Assembly (NCBI GenBank): GCA_002633005.1
Contig: NMRA01000367.1
Location: 147,457-211,456, forward strand
Length of the DNA: 64,000 nucleotides
Source: Phoronis australis
Lineage: Eukaryota > Animalia > Phoronida
Direction of reading: 5' to 3'
Part shown: one piece after another, positions 35,389 through 49,300 of the stretch
Layout: each line of letters starts with the position of its first letter
How positions within the stretch are numbered: position 1 is the first letter of the stretch
The notes under the pieces: generated by a model
The model's database searches: none
Told to the model about the DNA's origin: nothing
What the model saw: the letters and a program-made list of their open reading frames with translations, nothing else
Program-made: the position numbers and the translations under genes

Positions 35389-38300
35389 TAGTCCAGTCAT
35401 TCTAGGGCTCCAGAGGGCCCAACCTAGAAAAAATTGCAACAGAAGGTTTTTTTGCATAAATGGCATCTTCAAACATCCCTTGGTGTCAGAAAAAAATTCT
35501 ACCGAAATCGGAGTGGCGGAAGTCGGTTTTTCAAGATGGCGGAAAAATGGCCGACAAAACCGGTGATTACTGTTTTCTGGCATATTACTCTTATGTAACA
35601 GCTAAAAATAAAACAATAAAGTTTGTCATTGATTATATACTTTTCATAACAGGCATACCAATCAAAAGATGCCAATTTTCCGTAAAATAAAACCAATATG
35701 GCCGACAAAATGGCGGCCGAAACGGCAATTTGGTACATGTTGCAAGATTTCTTTTTATATTTTGCCCTGAAAATGGCAAAAGTTTTATTCTTTTGTAAGT
35801 TAGACAATTGAAAATATCTGGACCTTACAATTGGTCACTGGTTTGCGAGAAAAAATTCAAGATGGCTGACAAAATGGCCGCCAAAATGGCTGCCAATTCA
35901 CAAACCCTAATTTACCGCATTTACGTTCTGCAAACTTTGTTTGTAACCTGATACGCATTTACACAAAAACATTTTACAATCTACAGTCAGGGTTAATGAG
36001 TTGATTGTTTCTATAATTTGTTTTTAAGATTTATATACTAAATGTGGAATTTTAATCACATTTTAGATTACATAACACAAAAGTTGGTGTGTTTTTCAGA
36101 AAAGGCTTTAGTTAAATTTTCATACTAAATTTCACAAACTCAATTATTTTTCTGTAAAATATATTCATTTGAGGTATCAAAAATAACATTTGTTAGAAAA
36201 ATGTTATTCTGGTGGAGTTATTGGATTATTCATTATACAAACCCTTAATAAAATTGGGCAGGAAGTGGCTTTTTTCTCTGCTATTGGAGATATTATTAGT
36301 TGTTCCCAAGCATCGATTTCGTCTGCTGCTGGCATGTATTGAGAATTGGCTGCTGATTTCCCCCGAATTTGATGAAAAGCAAATAGGATTGTGTAACAAA
36401 AAGTTATTAATTAAATTTTAATAGTTAGGACCCACAATTTTTTTAATATGCATGCTTTTTATGAACATAGGTAACTGATTTTAGAGGAAATTAGTGCCTG
36501 CAAACAAAACGATAGTGATCTGCAGTCACTTGTTCTTAGCCAGGCTTGGAAGATTTCATACTGAGATGAGCTTTCTGGAATGTATTGGATACATAATGTC
36601 AAGCACATGGCTTCAAGGAGTTCTTGAGACGGTGTATGCATCAAACAGTGTGATCCTTATGTTAAATGAAAAAAGTGTGGATAGAGCAGTGAGGGGCCAT
36701 ATGTTGGTAGACTCAGCACTGAATGCTATCATAAAAGCCAGAGCATTCAACATCCCACTTCCAAATATTGACAGATCAAGTAACGCCAATCCAAAACCAA
36801 TGAAGAAAGAAATTCAGGTTCTTCAGAAATTCCAGGAGTCCGGAATGTCACCAACACAGAACACACAGATTACATGCCAAGAGGTGGAGCAGTTCAATGC
36901 TTGTACACAAATTTTGGCTCGTCAGAATATGGAGACAGATTCTTCAGACATCTCAGACATCCCAACTGATCACATAACTAGATGTATACTCTGGGGCATG
37001 CCATGCGCAGCCAGTGTCTTCCGATTCTGAACCTTGGATTACAGTGGAATGCCCTCACAAGAGCTCACTTCTGGTTTCCGACCTACTGTCATTGGTATAT
37101 TCAAACACGTCTGAATCAGAGTAAAGGTCTTCAGAATTCACAGTGGCAGAGAATAGTTCATCAGAAGAATCAATGGCCAATGATATTCTTCATGATGATT
37201 TGAGAACTGGTCTGAAGTGGTATGATGATCTTATTGCTGGCATGACGTCTGTTTCCGACGACGTATGCTCGTCGGAGTGTCTTGTGGGTATTCATAAAAA
37301 ATCAAACCACATAAATCAGACTTGTCCATGCAAAGTCCAATCATTAGTCTTTGACTACAGTATATGAAGATGATTGACATCCTTCGAATTTTTTAAAAGC
37401 AGAAATAACGTCAGATTGGGAGCTTCACCTAAAAGCAGTTTCTGAAATGCTGCCTTACTTTGCAGCTGCTGGTCACAACTCTTATGCAAAATCTTCATAC
37501 ATATACTTGACTGAAGGAGACGTAGCAACTCAAAGACACCTGTCCAGACGTCTACGGCCAACAAACCATAAGACAAATTGACAGATTCTGGGCAGGTTTT
37601 TTATTATGAGATATGATCTTGTAATTGAACAAATGCTCATGAAAAGTATTAAAACAACAGGAGATTTAACTAGAGGTTGGGAGATACACAGAGTGCATCG
37701 TGGCTGCTTTCCTTGCCGGCATGCTCAAGTATAAATGGTGCCATGCAGACTGTGACAAACTTGAGTTGTGAAACAAGTCAGCAGCATAAAGAATGTACCC
37801 AGGCAAGACAGTGGCGTGACGACAAAGACATCCGCAGCATTGTTGAATTCCTCCACAACAGTACCGTACCCATTTTAAAGAGAAACATTATAGAACATCG
37901 CCACTGGTGTGACTGCAGGCAAATGCGTCAGTGCCGAAAATGCCAGAGCAGTGGGGAAGGCGGTTCACTTGTCTATGGAGGGGTCAAGTGTGAAAGACTT
38001 CACATTCAGAAAGAAAGACAAGGTTGTGGCAATGACAAGTCAATCAGTTCATGCTGCTAATAGTAGTTTTACACAAGGGGATCCACGACTGCTATTTCAG
38101 CGAATCCTGACAGCTGCAAAAGACAACAGTGAAAGTTCATCAAGCCTTTTGAAGTTTGAGCTGTGTGTTGGTTCCCCTGTCCTTTTTGATACATCTGGTC
38201 TTCCCAGAGTCGCTAATAAATCAAATTAGTTGATGCACTCTGGTCCAGTGGAGGACTACCTGAGGATTTCAATTTCCAGCAAACACGGTGATGCATGTAA

Positions 38301-40484
38301 TCGACGGCGGTTCTTTCCTTCACCGTATTCCATGGCCTAGAGGTGCAATGTATCAGTCATTTGGTAGAGCTTATGTGGATTACATCAGCAAGTGCACCCA
38401 CCCTATTGTTGTTTTTGATGGTTACTGAGATGGACCATCAACTAAAGATGTCTCTCATGTTCGAAGACTGTGTGGGGTGGTTGGAACTGAAGTTCACTTC
38501 AATGGTGACATGGTGATCAAGTAAAAAAGGAACATTTTTGGCAAAAAACAAAAACAAACGATTCACTCACTTCTTGTCAAGTTTGCTAAGAAATGCTAGT
38601 TGCACAGTGGTACAAGCTCAAGGTGACGCAGATGTTTTAATTGTAGAAACAGCAGTAGAGAACGCAGCGCAAGGTCCAACTACCCTTATTGCAGACGATA
38701 AAGACTTGTTGGTTCTTTAGCGTTACCATGCTACTTCACAACAAATTTCATGTTCATGAAATTTGACAAGAGACACTGAAGCAAGAGGAGAGTCTGGGAC
38801 ATCAAGGAACTACAGTTGTCTCTTGGTGCCAAAACTTGCGCAGTTTTGCCATTTGCGCGTGCAATAGGTGGTTGCAACACAACATTACAGCTGTTCGGTA
38901 TTAGCAAAGGCTCTCCCATTCAAGAAACTGCGTGATCGAAAATTCTGCAAAACTCTAGTAAGAGTATTCAGTAGACACATGCAGCTGAAGCAAGACATAT
39001 TTGAAGCTGGTAAGAGTTGTATCTGTGCTTCATGGCGGTACTGGCTCTGGAAATTTGGATGACTTGCAATACAGGCAATTTGTGGATGAGGTGTCGGACT
39101 TGCCACAGTCCAAATACAGTCATTATCACGAACTTTCTTTAGTAGCTAAATTCCATGCTGCGGGAACATATTATCAAGAGCAAGAGCAGTCAAGTTTCCG
39201 TGGCAGTGGCCTAGACTCGCTGTATTGGGGATGGATGCTGGCAGGTGGAAAATTCATTCCCACGACGACGGACCATTCAGCAGCACCAGAGAACCTGCTG
39301 AAAGTAGTGAGATATGCTCGTGTAAGACCAACTGCAGTTCCAAGAGATGTACATGCAAGAGGTTAGGATAGTCGTACTCAGTTGCATGTGGAGAATGCCG
39401 TGGTTTTAGCTGCAGCAATTCATTCTGAGTTGACAGAGATTAGTTGTGTAAATACTGGTTGATTGTGTATAGATTCACTAGCATTTAGAACTAACTGGAA
39501 GTGACACAGACAGTGTGGATAGTAGATCACTGAATTAATACAGCACATTTTTTCAGTAGTACAATGATCCTTCAGTTCAGGCAAACCTGATGTTTTTGTC
39601 CCAAATACGTTATTCGTTAAACCATCTTGAAAATGGTAGTCGTAATCATCAAGAGCCAGACAAAAAATATTGTAATGGATGTGCTGACTTATAAAACTCA
39701 GGATATGGCGTGTCTCTGGAATCTGAAGTTCTTACACGAAGCCACTATTTGGTGGCCATCTTAGAAAATAGTGGAAGTAATCATTAGAGCCAAACTCAAT
39801 GAGTCTATATGGATTAGTCGACCCAGAAAACCTTTGATACTTGAAGCAAGACGACACACTAATCTGTTTGTGCGAAGTTGTGCGATTCGAAATAGTTTTG
39901 AAGGCCATCTTGGAAAATGGCTGATGGTGTCACCACGGCCATGCAAAACTTTTCCAATGGATTTGTTGACCCACAAAAGATAGGAAAACATTTTTGAATT
40001 TTTACTCTATCACATTCCACTCTCGAGTTATAATGATCCTCTGCAAATCTGGCGGCCATTTTGTCGGCCATCTTGGAAATGGTGGAAGTAATCATTAGTG
40101 CCAAATGCAATGAGTCTCAATGGATTAGTCGACCCAGAAAACCTGTAATGCGATGTTTGAAGCAAGACGACACACTAATCTGTTCGTGTGAAGTTTTGCG
40201 CTTCAAGTAGATTTGGCGGCCATCTTGGAAAATGGCGGACGGTGTCACCACAGCCATGCAAAACCATTTCCAATGGATTTTTTGACCACCAAAACATAGG
40301 TAAATCTTTTTGAATTTTTACTCTAGCACATTTCACATTGTCCGCCATCTTGAAAAACCAACTTCCGCCACTCCGATTCCGGTAGACTTTTTTTTTCCCA
40401 ATAAGGGGTGTGAAAGGATACGATTTATGCAATAAAACCTTCTGTTGCAATTTTTTCCGGGTTATCCGTAGAATGACTGGACTA
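35389..40484 (+). mobile_element. Academ-superfamily (AcademX-type) DNA transposon with decayed transposase and XPG/PIN-like nuclease
   Basis: ATT|tagtccagtcattcta ... tagaatgactggacta|ATT (3-bp TSD, long imperfect TIRs). Broken coding region ~36490-39430: LARLGRFHTEMSFLECIG...AVRGHMLVDSAL; VIDGGSFLHRIPW; VVFDGY-DGPSTKD; QGDADVLIV; DDKDLLVL; AIGGCNTT; C-terminal Cys cluster. Confidence 0.85.
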
Positions 40485-40779
40485 ATTGGGACTTGTCCTC
40501 CTATGGCTGATATAGCTGTGTTCAGTGGCAACTTACTGACCAACATTACTGTTATCTGAAGGGGACCCCTGCCGTTTGGTGGTAAAAGATCACCATTCAA
40601 AACCACCGTGGATGGCTGAAAGGAGTCTGGGTTGGTCACTCAGTGTAAATAACCCAATTTAGGGATTGACAGCGAGCCTAGAACTAAGGTAAATATTATA
40701 TTAAAATTTTTGTTTGGCGAAATTAAACACCCACAATTAAAAAAATGTGGCTGTAAATTTAAATGAAAATGGTTGTTTG

Positions 40780-41963
40780 TCAGTTCCTGATATAAATACT
40801 ATGTACAAGTCATTACTAGTTAAGCAGTGGATTACGTATTACTTAATGTAAACAATGAAGTTTTTAAAGTGTTTCCAAGGTATGTTCTCAAAACATATTG
40901 GGGTAGTCTGAGCTTTAAATCAAATTATGATTGTAATTTGCTGTCTCTTGCAAATATTGATACCTTCTATTATGTTATCTTGATTGCTTGGGAAGAAATT
41001 ATTACTCGTGTACATCAGGACATAACAATTGTAAACCAAGTAGTGTGTAATAACACAAACATATTGATTAATTGGAAGACTGTATTGTTTAGTAGTTCCT
41101 TTGAGGCTGGTATTATTTTTGTGAAGGATCTTTTCAATTTCGAAAATGAACTTTAGACATGGGGGGTTTTGAAAGATAACCTTTCAAATTGGATTCATCA
41201 TGCTGCTTTGAGACTTGCGATTAAGTTGAAAGCTGAGCCTTCCAGGTCAAAATGTATAAATACTCTCCTGCCAAGTGAAATTACTACTGACTGTGTTTTC
41301 TAGAAATATTTTGCTTTCCAAAATTGTTTCGCCTCCTGATCTAGAGTACAGTTTAACTGATATTTACTCTGGATAACGAATTAAACAAATTTATGTTCTT
41401 CCACACAAACTGTTGTTACCTCCCTGTGTTAAAACCTTTAAATATTTTTATATTCATTTAAAAGAATTTACAAAATTTAGTTTGAAAAAGATGACAAATC
41501 TGCATCTTGTAGAACTGTTGAAACTTTTAACCATGTTTATGAAATGTGGTTCTGTGAAAACTTCGTGGTGTGAAATTCAGAAACTTTTAATTTACGTAAC
41601 TGCACAGCACGACTTAATCTTAGATAAAAATGTTATTTCGACAGCATATTTTGGATGTAATTTTGAAGATTTTAATACTATATTAACTATTTGTCAGTAT
41701 TTCATTCATAAATGCTCTAGAGACCAGATTATTCTTAGATATTCACATTTCAATGTTTTTTGTATAATTGTTGTATAGTAAGGAATATAGAACCCCGTAA
41801 AACCGCCTTTTGGGAAATCCAATACTTATTTAGATTAAATCAACCGTGAAATAGTATTATTTAGATATGTGCGTAAGTGTGTGCGTGTGTGTCTGTGTTT
41901 CGTTTGCATATAACTAATTGTTGTATATCTTAGTGCATTTGGAAATAAAATGTTTATAAAAAA
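40780..41963 (+). mobile_element. Decayed L1/Tx1-clade LINE, 3' fragment
   Basis: NQVVCNNTNILINWKTVLFSSSFEAGIIFVKDLF resembles the post-RT region of L1/Tx1 ORF2; broken Cys/His remnants near 41490-41570; ends AATAAA plus A-rich tail. Confidence 0.6.
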
Positions 41964-42214
41964 CATATCTTTTGCAGTGTATATCAACGACGTTCAACAT
42001 TCATCATCAAACGTTATATTTGTGACCCAAAATGTGTATTATAAAAGATTTTTGAACGAAACCACACAGACGTCGGGTTTGGATGTTTCAAATCTAGTTT
42101 TTCTCTAGTGTCTAATTGCCAAATAACCCTTTTACCCCAGAAGTCTATTTTTAAATCAACCGTTTAAAACGGTTTCATTAAAAATATCTGCGAGTGGTGT
42201 GCTCACAATGTCTG

Positions 42215-42224
42215 TATATAAATA
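42215..42224 (+). promoter_or_regulatory. Possible TATA box of the axotactin-like gene
   Basis: TATATAAATA about 800 bp upstream of ATG 43016; motif and position only. Confidence 0.25.
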
Positions 42225-43015
42225 ACCCCTGTCCGTGCAGCTGCTCTCCTGGGACGATGCCTAACGAATGAACTCATTTCCTTTCGGAACATCGCTTGGG
42301 GTTCAGAGATATGAAGATTTAGTCAGGTGGTGTTCAGTTTTACAGTTATGTGTCGTGTTTGTAACATGCGTTAGAAATGACTGTTATTTGCGCAAAAGTA
42401 TTTTTAAAATGGTGGTTACTAACACTTTAGTCTTATCCAGTCGTGTATTAGAATTTTCAGAATTACATTTTTACCGGAACATATCTTGTTCGTCGGACGC
42501 AATTTATGTCAACGAACTTTACTGTGGTGTGCCTGTGTAGGCCTACGTTTATTTTTGATATGACGAAATATTAGTGTCTGAATTGATCAAGCTTAGTTAA
42601 CCGTTTTCTGAGCGCTTTCAACTGGCAGTTCGTTAAGTGTTTACTTCTGTTAGTTTCACACATGCCTGTGTCGAAAGTTATCCTTGTACAAGTGAGTAGT
42701 GTCTGTATGTTCACTGGATTTCTGTCTTGGGTATGATGACAACTCGTGTAGTATTTGAACACGACGATATAATTCAACCTGTGTATATTTTTGCAGATAC
42801 CCGGATGTATACCACCTTCTCGGATACATATTTGTGAAATAATCCCGCACCAAGGTTCATCGTGGACGCTAGCATATTTAACGACCAATTTTATTGCTGT
42901 CTTACTCCCCACCAAGCTGAAGAAGAATAGCAAAGAACCGTCTCCGTCACGATAAGGATTTAGTTAGAAAGCGGTGGTTGGTTGTCAAACGTCGCCGTTA
43001 TTTGATGGCGGTAAA

Positions 43016-43322
43016 ATGGAATCGTTTTCAAAGATTTGTTTGATGTTTGCTGTTATTGAATTGTCTGAATCGACTACATATACTTTTTTTGGGAGGAGTA
43101 CCTCAGCAATCCAGTATTATCCCAAGTGGATTACAACGGGTACAACTCATCAAATCTCCATCACATTCCGGACATTTGAGGCAGACACTGTCCTATTCGA
43201 GCAGTCACTAATGTATGCCAACATTAGTGTGGACTATTACACAACTGTTTACTTGGAGAATGGCAATCTTAAAGTGACTCACGCCTACAAAGATTACATG
43301 GAAAACTTTTTGTTCGCACAAG
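43016..43322 (+). CDS. Axotactin-like exon 1 (signal peptide and start of LamG1)
   Basis: MESFSKICLMFAVIELSES then TTYTFFG...ISITFRTFEADTVLF...YLENGNLKV; donor GTagat. Confidence 0.8.
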
Positions 43323-46300
43323 GTAGATTTGTGGCAATCTTAACTTTTATATTTGTGACAAACATGATTATCGTTAAAATTTATAATAGTTTAAGTCATC
43401 TTCAAGCTTCTGACAAAATTATGATTGAAGAAAAGTCAGTAAAAATGGGATTGACAGTCAAAGAACGACTCATCTCACCATAATGTAATAATGTAAAACT
43501 TGATTGTCTCCGCTGCTTTATGTCAAAATTAAGGACAACGTACGTTGTTTCTGAACAAGAGCTTACCCTATGACACAGCGCCACGTATACTGAAAAGTGG
43601 CCCTGTGGAAACATGATGAACGACACGCGGAATTCCGTGTGTGGGCGTCAATGCGCATGGATGGTCGGAAGTTTACCGACCACATCGCCACCACTTGCAT
43701 ACGCTTTCCATAGCTTGAACTTCGATCATTACCCGTTTTAATAAATTACAAAGGTGGTCGCCATATTACGCAACAGTAAACTGAAAGGGGTTTCCCAGAT
43801 TTCAACCAATGGGAATGACTGAATGTTATGACGTCGGTTTCATTACTTTAGCCAATGAGAAGCCATGTTAAACAACATGTCACAGTGCTACCTTTCGTAG
43901 CACTGTGAAAAAGTGTAAACAAGAGCTGTGCTGCCACTAATTTTTGGATATTATATGAAATCTAGTTTATATTTCCATAAGCTTGATTACATATATTTGT
44001 AAGTGTAATTGAATATACAGCTAAATTAAGTGAAATTTTACATTATTTCTTAATTAGAGACAGGTTTCTTGTTTATTACAATAACGAACATGTGCATGAT
44101 ATCTACTCGGATACAGGCGTAGGCCTACTCGATGATACTGGTGTGCGTAAACCTTCCCGATGATACTGGCGTAGGCCTCCTATACGTACACGTATTAAAG
44201 TATTAATCTGCGTCGATCTTATTGCCACAAAATCTGCAGAAGACAACCTTCAATTTTCAGCAGCCTTCACACCTGATAATTACTGTAAAATCGACCCAAC
44301 CTTCTAATTCAGGTCTCCATGACAACCAATGGCACACTATTGAACTAATGAAGAATGTCCGCTCTGGGTCTATTACCATGATCACGGATGGGGAGCACTC
44401 GGCAGCAAAACCCCTGCTGGCCTACACCACAGGAGACGCTGGCTCAGTCCTCGACCACGAAACGTATCGAGTTGTGATTGGTTTGTAATTCTTTCCACCT
44501 ACCAGGAAAGTGCTACGTGCCAGGAAGTTGAACACCTAGCGTGTGTTCAGTAGACGCTAGGACCTACGCTAGGACCTAGAACCTAGTCAAAGTCACGTGT
44601 TCTCTTTTAAAATACACGGCATTTTCTCACGTAATCTCGCGAACTCTTGCTTTTTAGCGAGGTCCTAGCGTTACTGAACGGGAGGCTGGCCTTTATTTTG
44701 CAGAACTGAGTTCTGTGATTAGACCTAATGACGGAGATCTTACGAACGGATATTTGATGTAAGCCACATCGGATTGTTAGTCCCAACGTGTGATTGTGGC
44801 GCTATTAATAACAATGGCCGTTACAGCGCCAGCAACAGGCGCAGTAGGGTCCTACATAGAGGCAAATCGAAATTATGAGAATTAGAAATGAAATACAGTC
44901 AACTGCCCCTTCTCTTTGCACATGGAAATGTTCAGTTTGTTGACGCGTTCTTCAAGAAATAAACAATCGGCAATAGACCCTCTCCTTTATTGCTTTACTT
45001 GCTTTTTGCAAATAAATTACTGTTGTTATTTTCGACTTTAAACGGTTTAGCACTGTTAACACTGTGTCTGATATTCAATAGCTTAGCACTGTTAACACTG
45101 TGTCTAATATTCAATCGCTTAGCACTGTTAACACTGTGTCTAATATTCAATCGCGTAGTACTGTAAATATTGTGTCTAATATTCAATCGCTTAGCACTGT
45201 AAATATTGTGTCTAATATTCAATTGCTTAGCACTGTAAATATTGTGTCTAATATTCAATCGATTAGTACTGTAAATACTGTGTCTAGTTAAGGACCTTGG
45301 ACGTCAACTATCGCCAATTTTATTATTTGTTGTTACGTGGCTTTGTTATAGGTGAAATATCAAAACTCTTTCTTGGCACACATAAAAATTACAGACATTT
45401 TGTCGGGTGCATTAAAGACATCAATATATATCAAGACAACGCCCAATTGATGGATCTGACGTCATTGGTAACCGATGTCTCTAACAGAAGCTGTTACGAC
45501 GCCTGTTCCCAAGGCAACCTATGTAAAAATGGTGGAAAATGTGTGAATCTGTACACGTCAACAATTTGTCAATGTCGAGGAACTGGATATGACGGGGATA
45601 TATGTGAAGAGCCACGTGAGTCACCTTGATGTATTTGCGCAACTCTTGATGGTGTGTTCTGCCAGTGTCGGAAAGTGATCGCTCACTGAAGTTAAAAGTG
45701 TCCACATCTTGTCCACATTTTTGCTTGAAGCCGGATCTCAACTGTCATTACCATGTACAATGTCATTACTGAGGAATTTCTGAGGTACGATGGCAAGTGC
45801 TTTCTCTTACCTTGTTTAGTTTCAGATGATTTTATTTTGTGAAAAAACTAACAGTGTTTTGATGTCTGCTTTGCAGCTGTCGTAATAAGTTTGCATATTA
45901 CGGGATGGATAAGTTACGACACAGTCGCTACCTATGGGTTGTCAAATGTGTGGAGCATTGAATTTAAGGTAACAGACATGAATTACTTTGCATATTTATC
46001 TAAACAATGCCTAATGCTATTACGACCAATGAGCTTTATGCACTAGCTATATTTATCTCATTGATTACCACCAGTGAGCTTTATGCAATAGCTATATTTA
46101 TCTGATTGATTACCACCAAAAAGTGATTTCTGCGGTCTAGGGATGAAGCTGGCCGTCCGTTAATTACGTGAGACCTGCCGTGTTAAGTGAGACTACTCGG
46201 GCTAGTCGGAAGCCTTAACCAGGTCTGTTCTTTCCAACTCTATAAGTCACTATATTTAGCATAATTTCATACCAATACGGCAAAGTTGTGGCGGAAAATA

Positions 46301-49300
46301 AGTTCGTGTTGCAGCTTTAAAGCTGAGTAGGGTAACATGTTATTTGGTGTACCTTAAACAATCCAAGATTTTTTAAATAAACAAAGCAAACTGAGGATCC
46401 ATTCTCAACAGTTTTTACACGTGAAAACTGTCATGTGAGAATATCTATTGTGATGTTTCAGACCGATCGCGCAAGCTGTGCGTTGTTTTACCAAGGAGGG
46501 AATAACGCATCAACGGACTTCATTAGCGCTGCATTATTGGACGGCCGTGTCCACTATAACATGTCCTTAGACGGGTTAGTGATACACGGCGTGTTCCCTC
46601 AATCCGTCAACGATTCTTTGTAAGTATTTCTCACAGAAAGTTCAGGACCGTAGGAAGCGGGGGAGGGGGGGCGGGGGGGGNNNGCGGCCCCCCCAAAAAA
46701 TTATTTCTTTCAGGTTTAAGTTTCAGGATTAACTGTGGTAACTGACATACGTGAGGGGCGTGGACAGTCGAGAAAATAAAGACTGCTAAATGCGGATAAG
46801 AGAGAAAATTCAAGAGAACATTTAACAACTCTGTGTCAGTGCATGGTTTACCTTTTGAGGACCCTAGCCAAGACATTGTTGTTGGCCTGTTGGGGTCTCC
46901 GCTTTTGCAGCACAGGTCGTCTAAACGCACGTAATGATTCATGCATATATTTCGAAAAATCGAGAATATTTGTAAAGTGAAGCTTGTGCGGAGCGTATTA
47001 ATTTACTGGAATTTAAATTCAATAAGTCAATTTTTCGACTGCAAAACCATATTTTTCCAGAGGCCCCTAACTGGCAAGGGATAACGGAGACAACTGTCGT
47101 TTTTTCTAGAATTATATATCATTTGAGAAAAATTGATGACCTGACAGATATCTGCACATTTCTTGATTTTTGAAAATATAGATAATTTCACATTGAGAGG
47201 CCCCACCCTTGAAGGATGCCATTGATGACATTCAAGTGGCCACAGTTTTTACGTTTTTATTGATGAATTCTTAGGGGTCCGCTCACGGAGAGAGGGCCTA
47301 ATGTTGGACATGATTACGTCTATTTTCCTGTTTTTTTTGTGAAATTGAGCAACCGACTTTCATGTTGAGGAAGGTCACTTCCTGCACGGTCTTGTGACCA
47401 CACGACGGTGGAATGAACTGTCACTCTTTTCCAAGCTTAATTATTTTTAGCCTTTCATAATTAAGGTGTCCCATTTCAGACGGGACCCTCTCTCGGTGAA
47501 AGCAGTTCAGGGAAATGTCCCTTTGTCCCTCTATACATGTAAATCCGACACTGCCAAGTATTCACGAGGGAAGTTGCGATTCCAACTTCATCAAAAACAC
47601 AAAACACGGCAGTATCACGACATTCGACCCAAACAACCAAAAATGTGTAAAAATACAATAAGATTGACCGCCATCGAAAGAGAGTCAGGAATTTTAACAA
47701 CGAGAAGACCGCTATTTGTTACTTACACAAAATGACTATTTCCGTTGGTTAGTTATAGAATGATGTTACTGGTTCCCATGTTATCACAAGAATAGTATCT
47801 CTTTTGAAGATGGTTACTATGAGTTGTTTGTAAGGAATTCCCACATGAGGAAAACACTGCTGTCGAGGCTACCATTGGGATGACCGTGTACATGTCGAAC
47901 AAGTGTACCCAAATACTCGCAATAATAAATAAATTACACGTAACCAAATATCTCAGCGTTTTTTTTTTTTTTTGAAGTCAAGTTAAACTCGTTATAGGTA
48001 CCTCGGAAATGAGCAAAAATACACCTCACTATGAATGATCAATCTCCCATCTTCCCCCGCTTACCCGTCAAAAATCTGCCAGCATGCCTGCGGAAATTGC
48101 TTACAACATACCGTTTTGATCAACAAATTCCTTGCTTTCTGATTTACATGTTTATGGATCTACGAAAACCGACAGGTTAATATGTGATTGTTGGCAATTA
48201 GAAGCTAAAGAAATGATGACGATTTATTGAATTTAGTTGAAGTCTGAATGTGGAAAAAATATAATCCGATCCCCAAATAGTAAAGTGCACTTGGACGCTT
48301 CTTGCCTATCTAAAATAACTCTCAAAGACATTGATAAAATTTGGAAACTTCCCAAAAATTTACTTACAATTCAAATAACAATAAATGCATTACTTTTTGA
48401 CTTCGGTACTGGATTTGTTGTTCAAAGTCACTTATATGGGATCAAAAGGGAATTACCTCATTAAATCAACGTAAACGCATTGCTCATGGATTTGATTGTT
48501 GGTTTCTGATTTACATGTTTATGTATCTACGAAAGTGGACTGATTGAGAGATGATTTTTTTTTGACAATTAGAAGCTATTCTTTTAAGAAATGATCAAGT
48601 TTCAATGAACTTTGCATGCCAACATTGGGAAAATTCGATTTTTGTTTATCTGAAATAAGTCTCAAGATAATTGGTGAATTTCGGAAAGGTCAACAATGTG
48701 TCCTAAAATGTTCTCAAATGACAATAAATTGTTTATTGGCTTAGGAACTATATAACTGGGTTTAAGTTTACAAGCCGTAGATTGAAAACGAAGTTTAAGT
48801 ACTTAAATAAATAAAATCAAACTTATTGGTCATCAACTTGGAAAGGTTGTCTTTGAACTTCCTTGATGTTTTTGGTTTCCAGTAGTATTGCGCAATCAAT
48901 TTTTGTTCTTCAAAACAGAATTGTTTGCTTGCATTTCCCGTGCATACTACACACACGGCATGCGCGCACCCAGCATAAAATATAGGGGGCTCGAATTTTT
49001 TTTTTCGATTTTTTTAACCCTAACCTTTTACTAAAGAAAAAAACAAATATGGGTTCGTTCAGGGCTATGAATTGTGCATACGCCGAATCTTGCCTTTTTA
49101 GGGGACTTTTGTCTCTTTTTTTCTCAGACATTTTGTTTCTCTGGGATGGACCTTTTTACCCACTTTGCCAAATTGGTGCGTGCATGCACGGAGCACGTCA
49201 TGACAGGCACACCCACGTTACAAATAAGGTGTAAACATGCAGTAGGCCTGCGTAGAATCACGGTTACCCACGGGAACTGAATTTGAACTCCAGACGTTGA

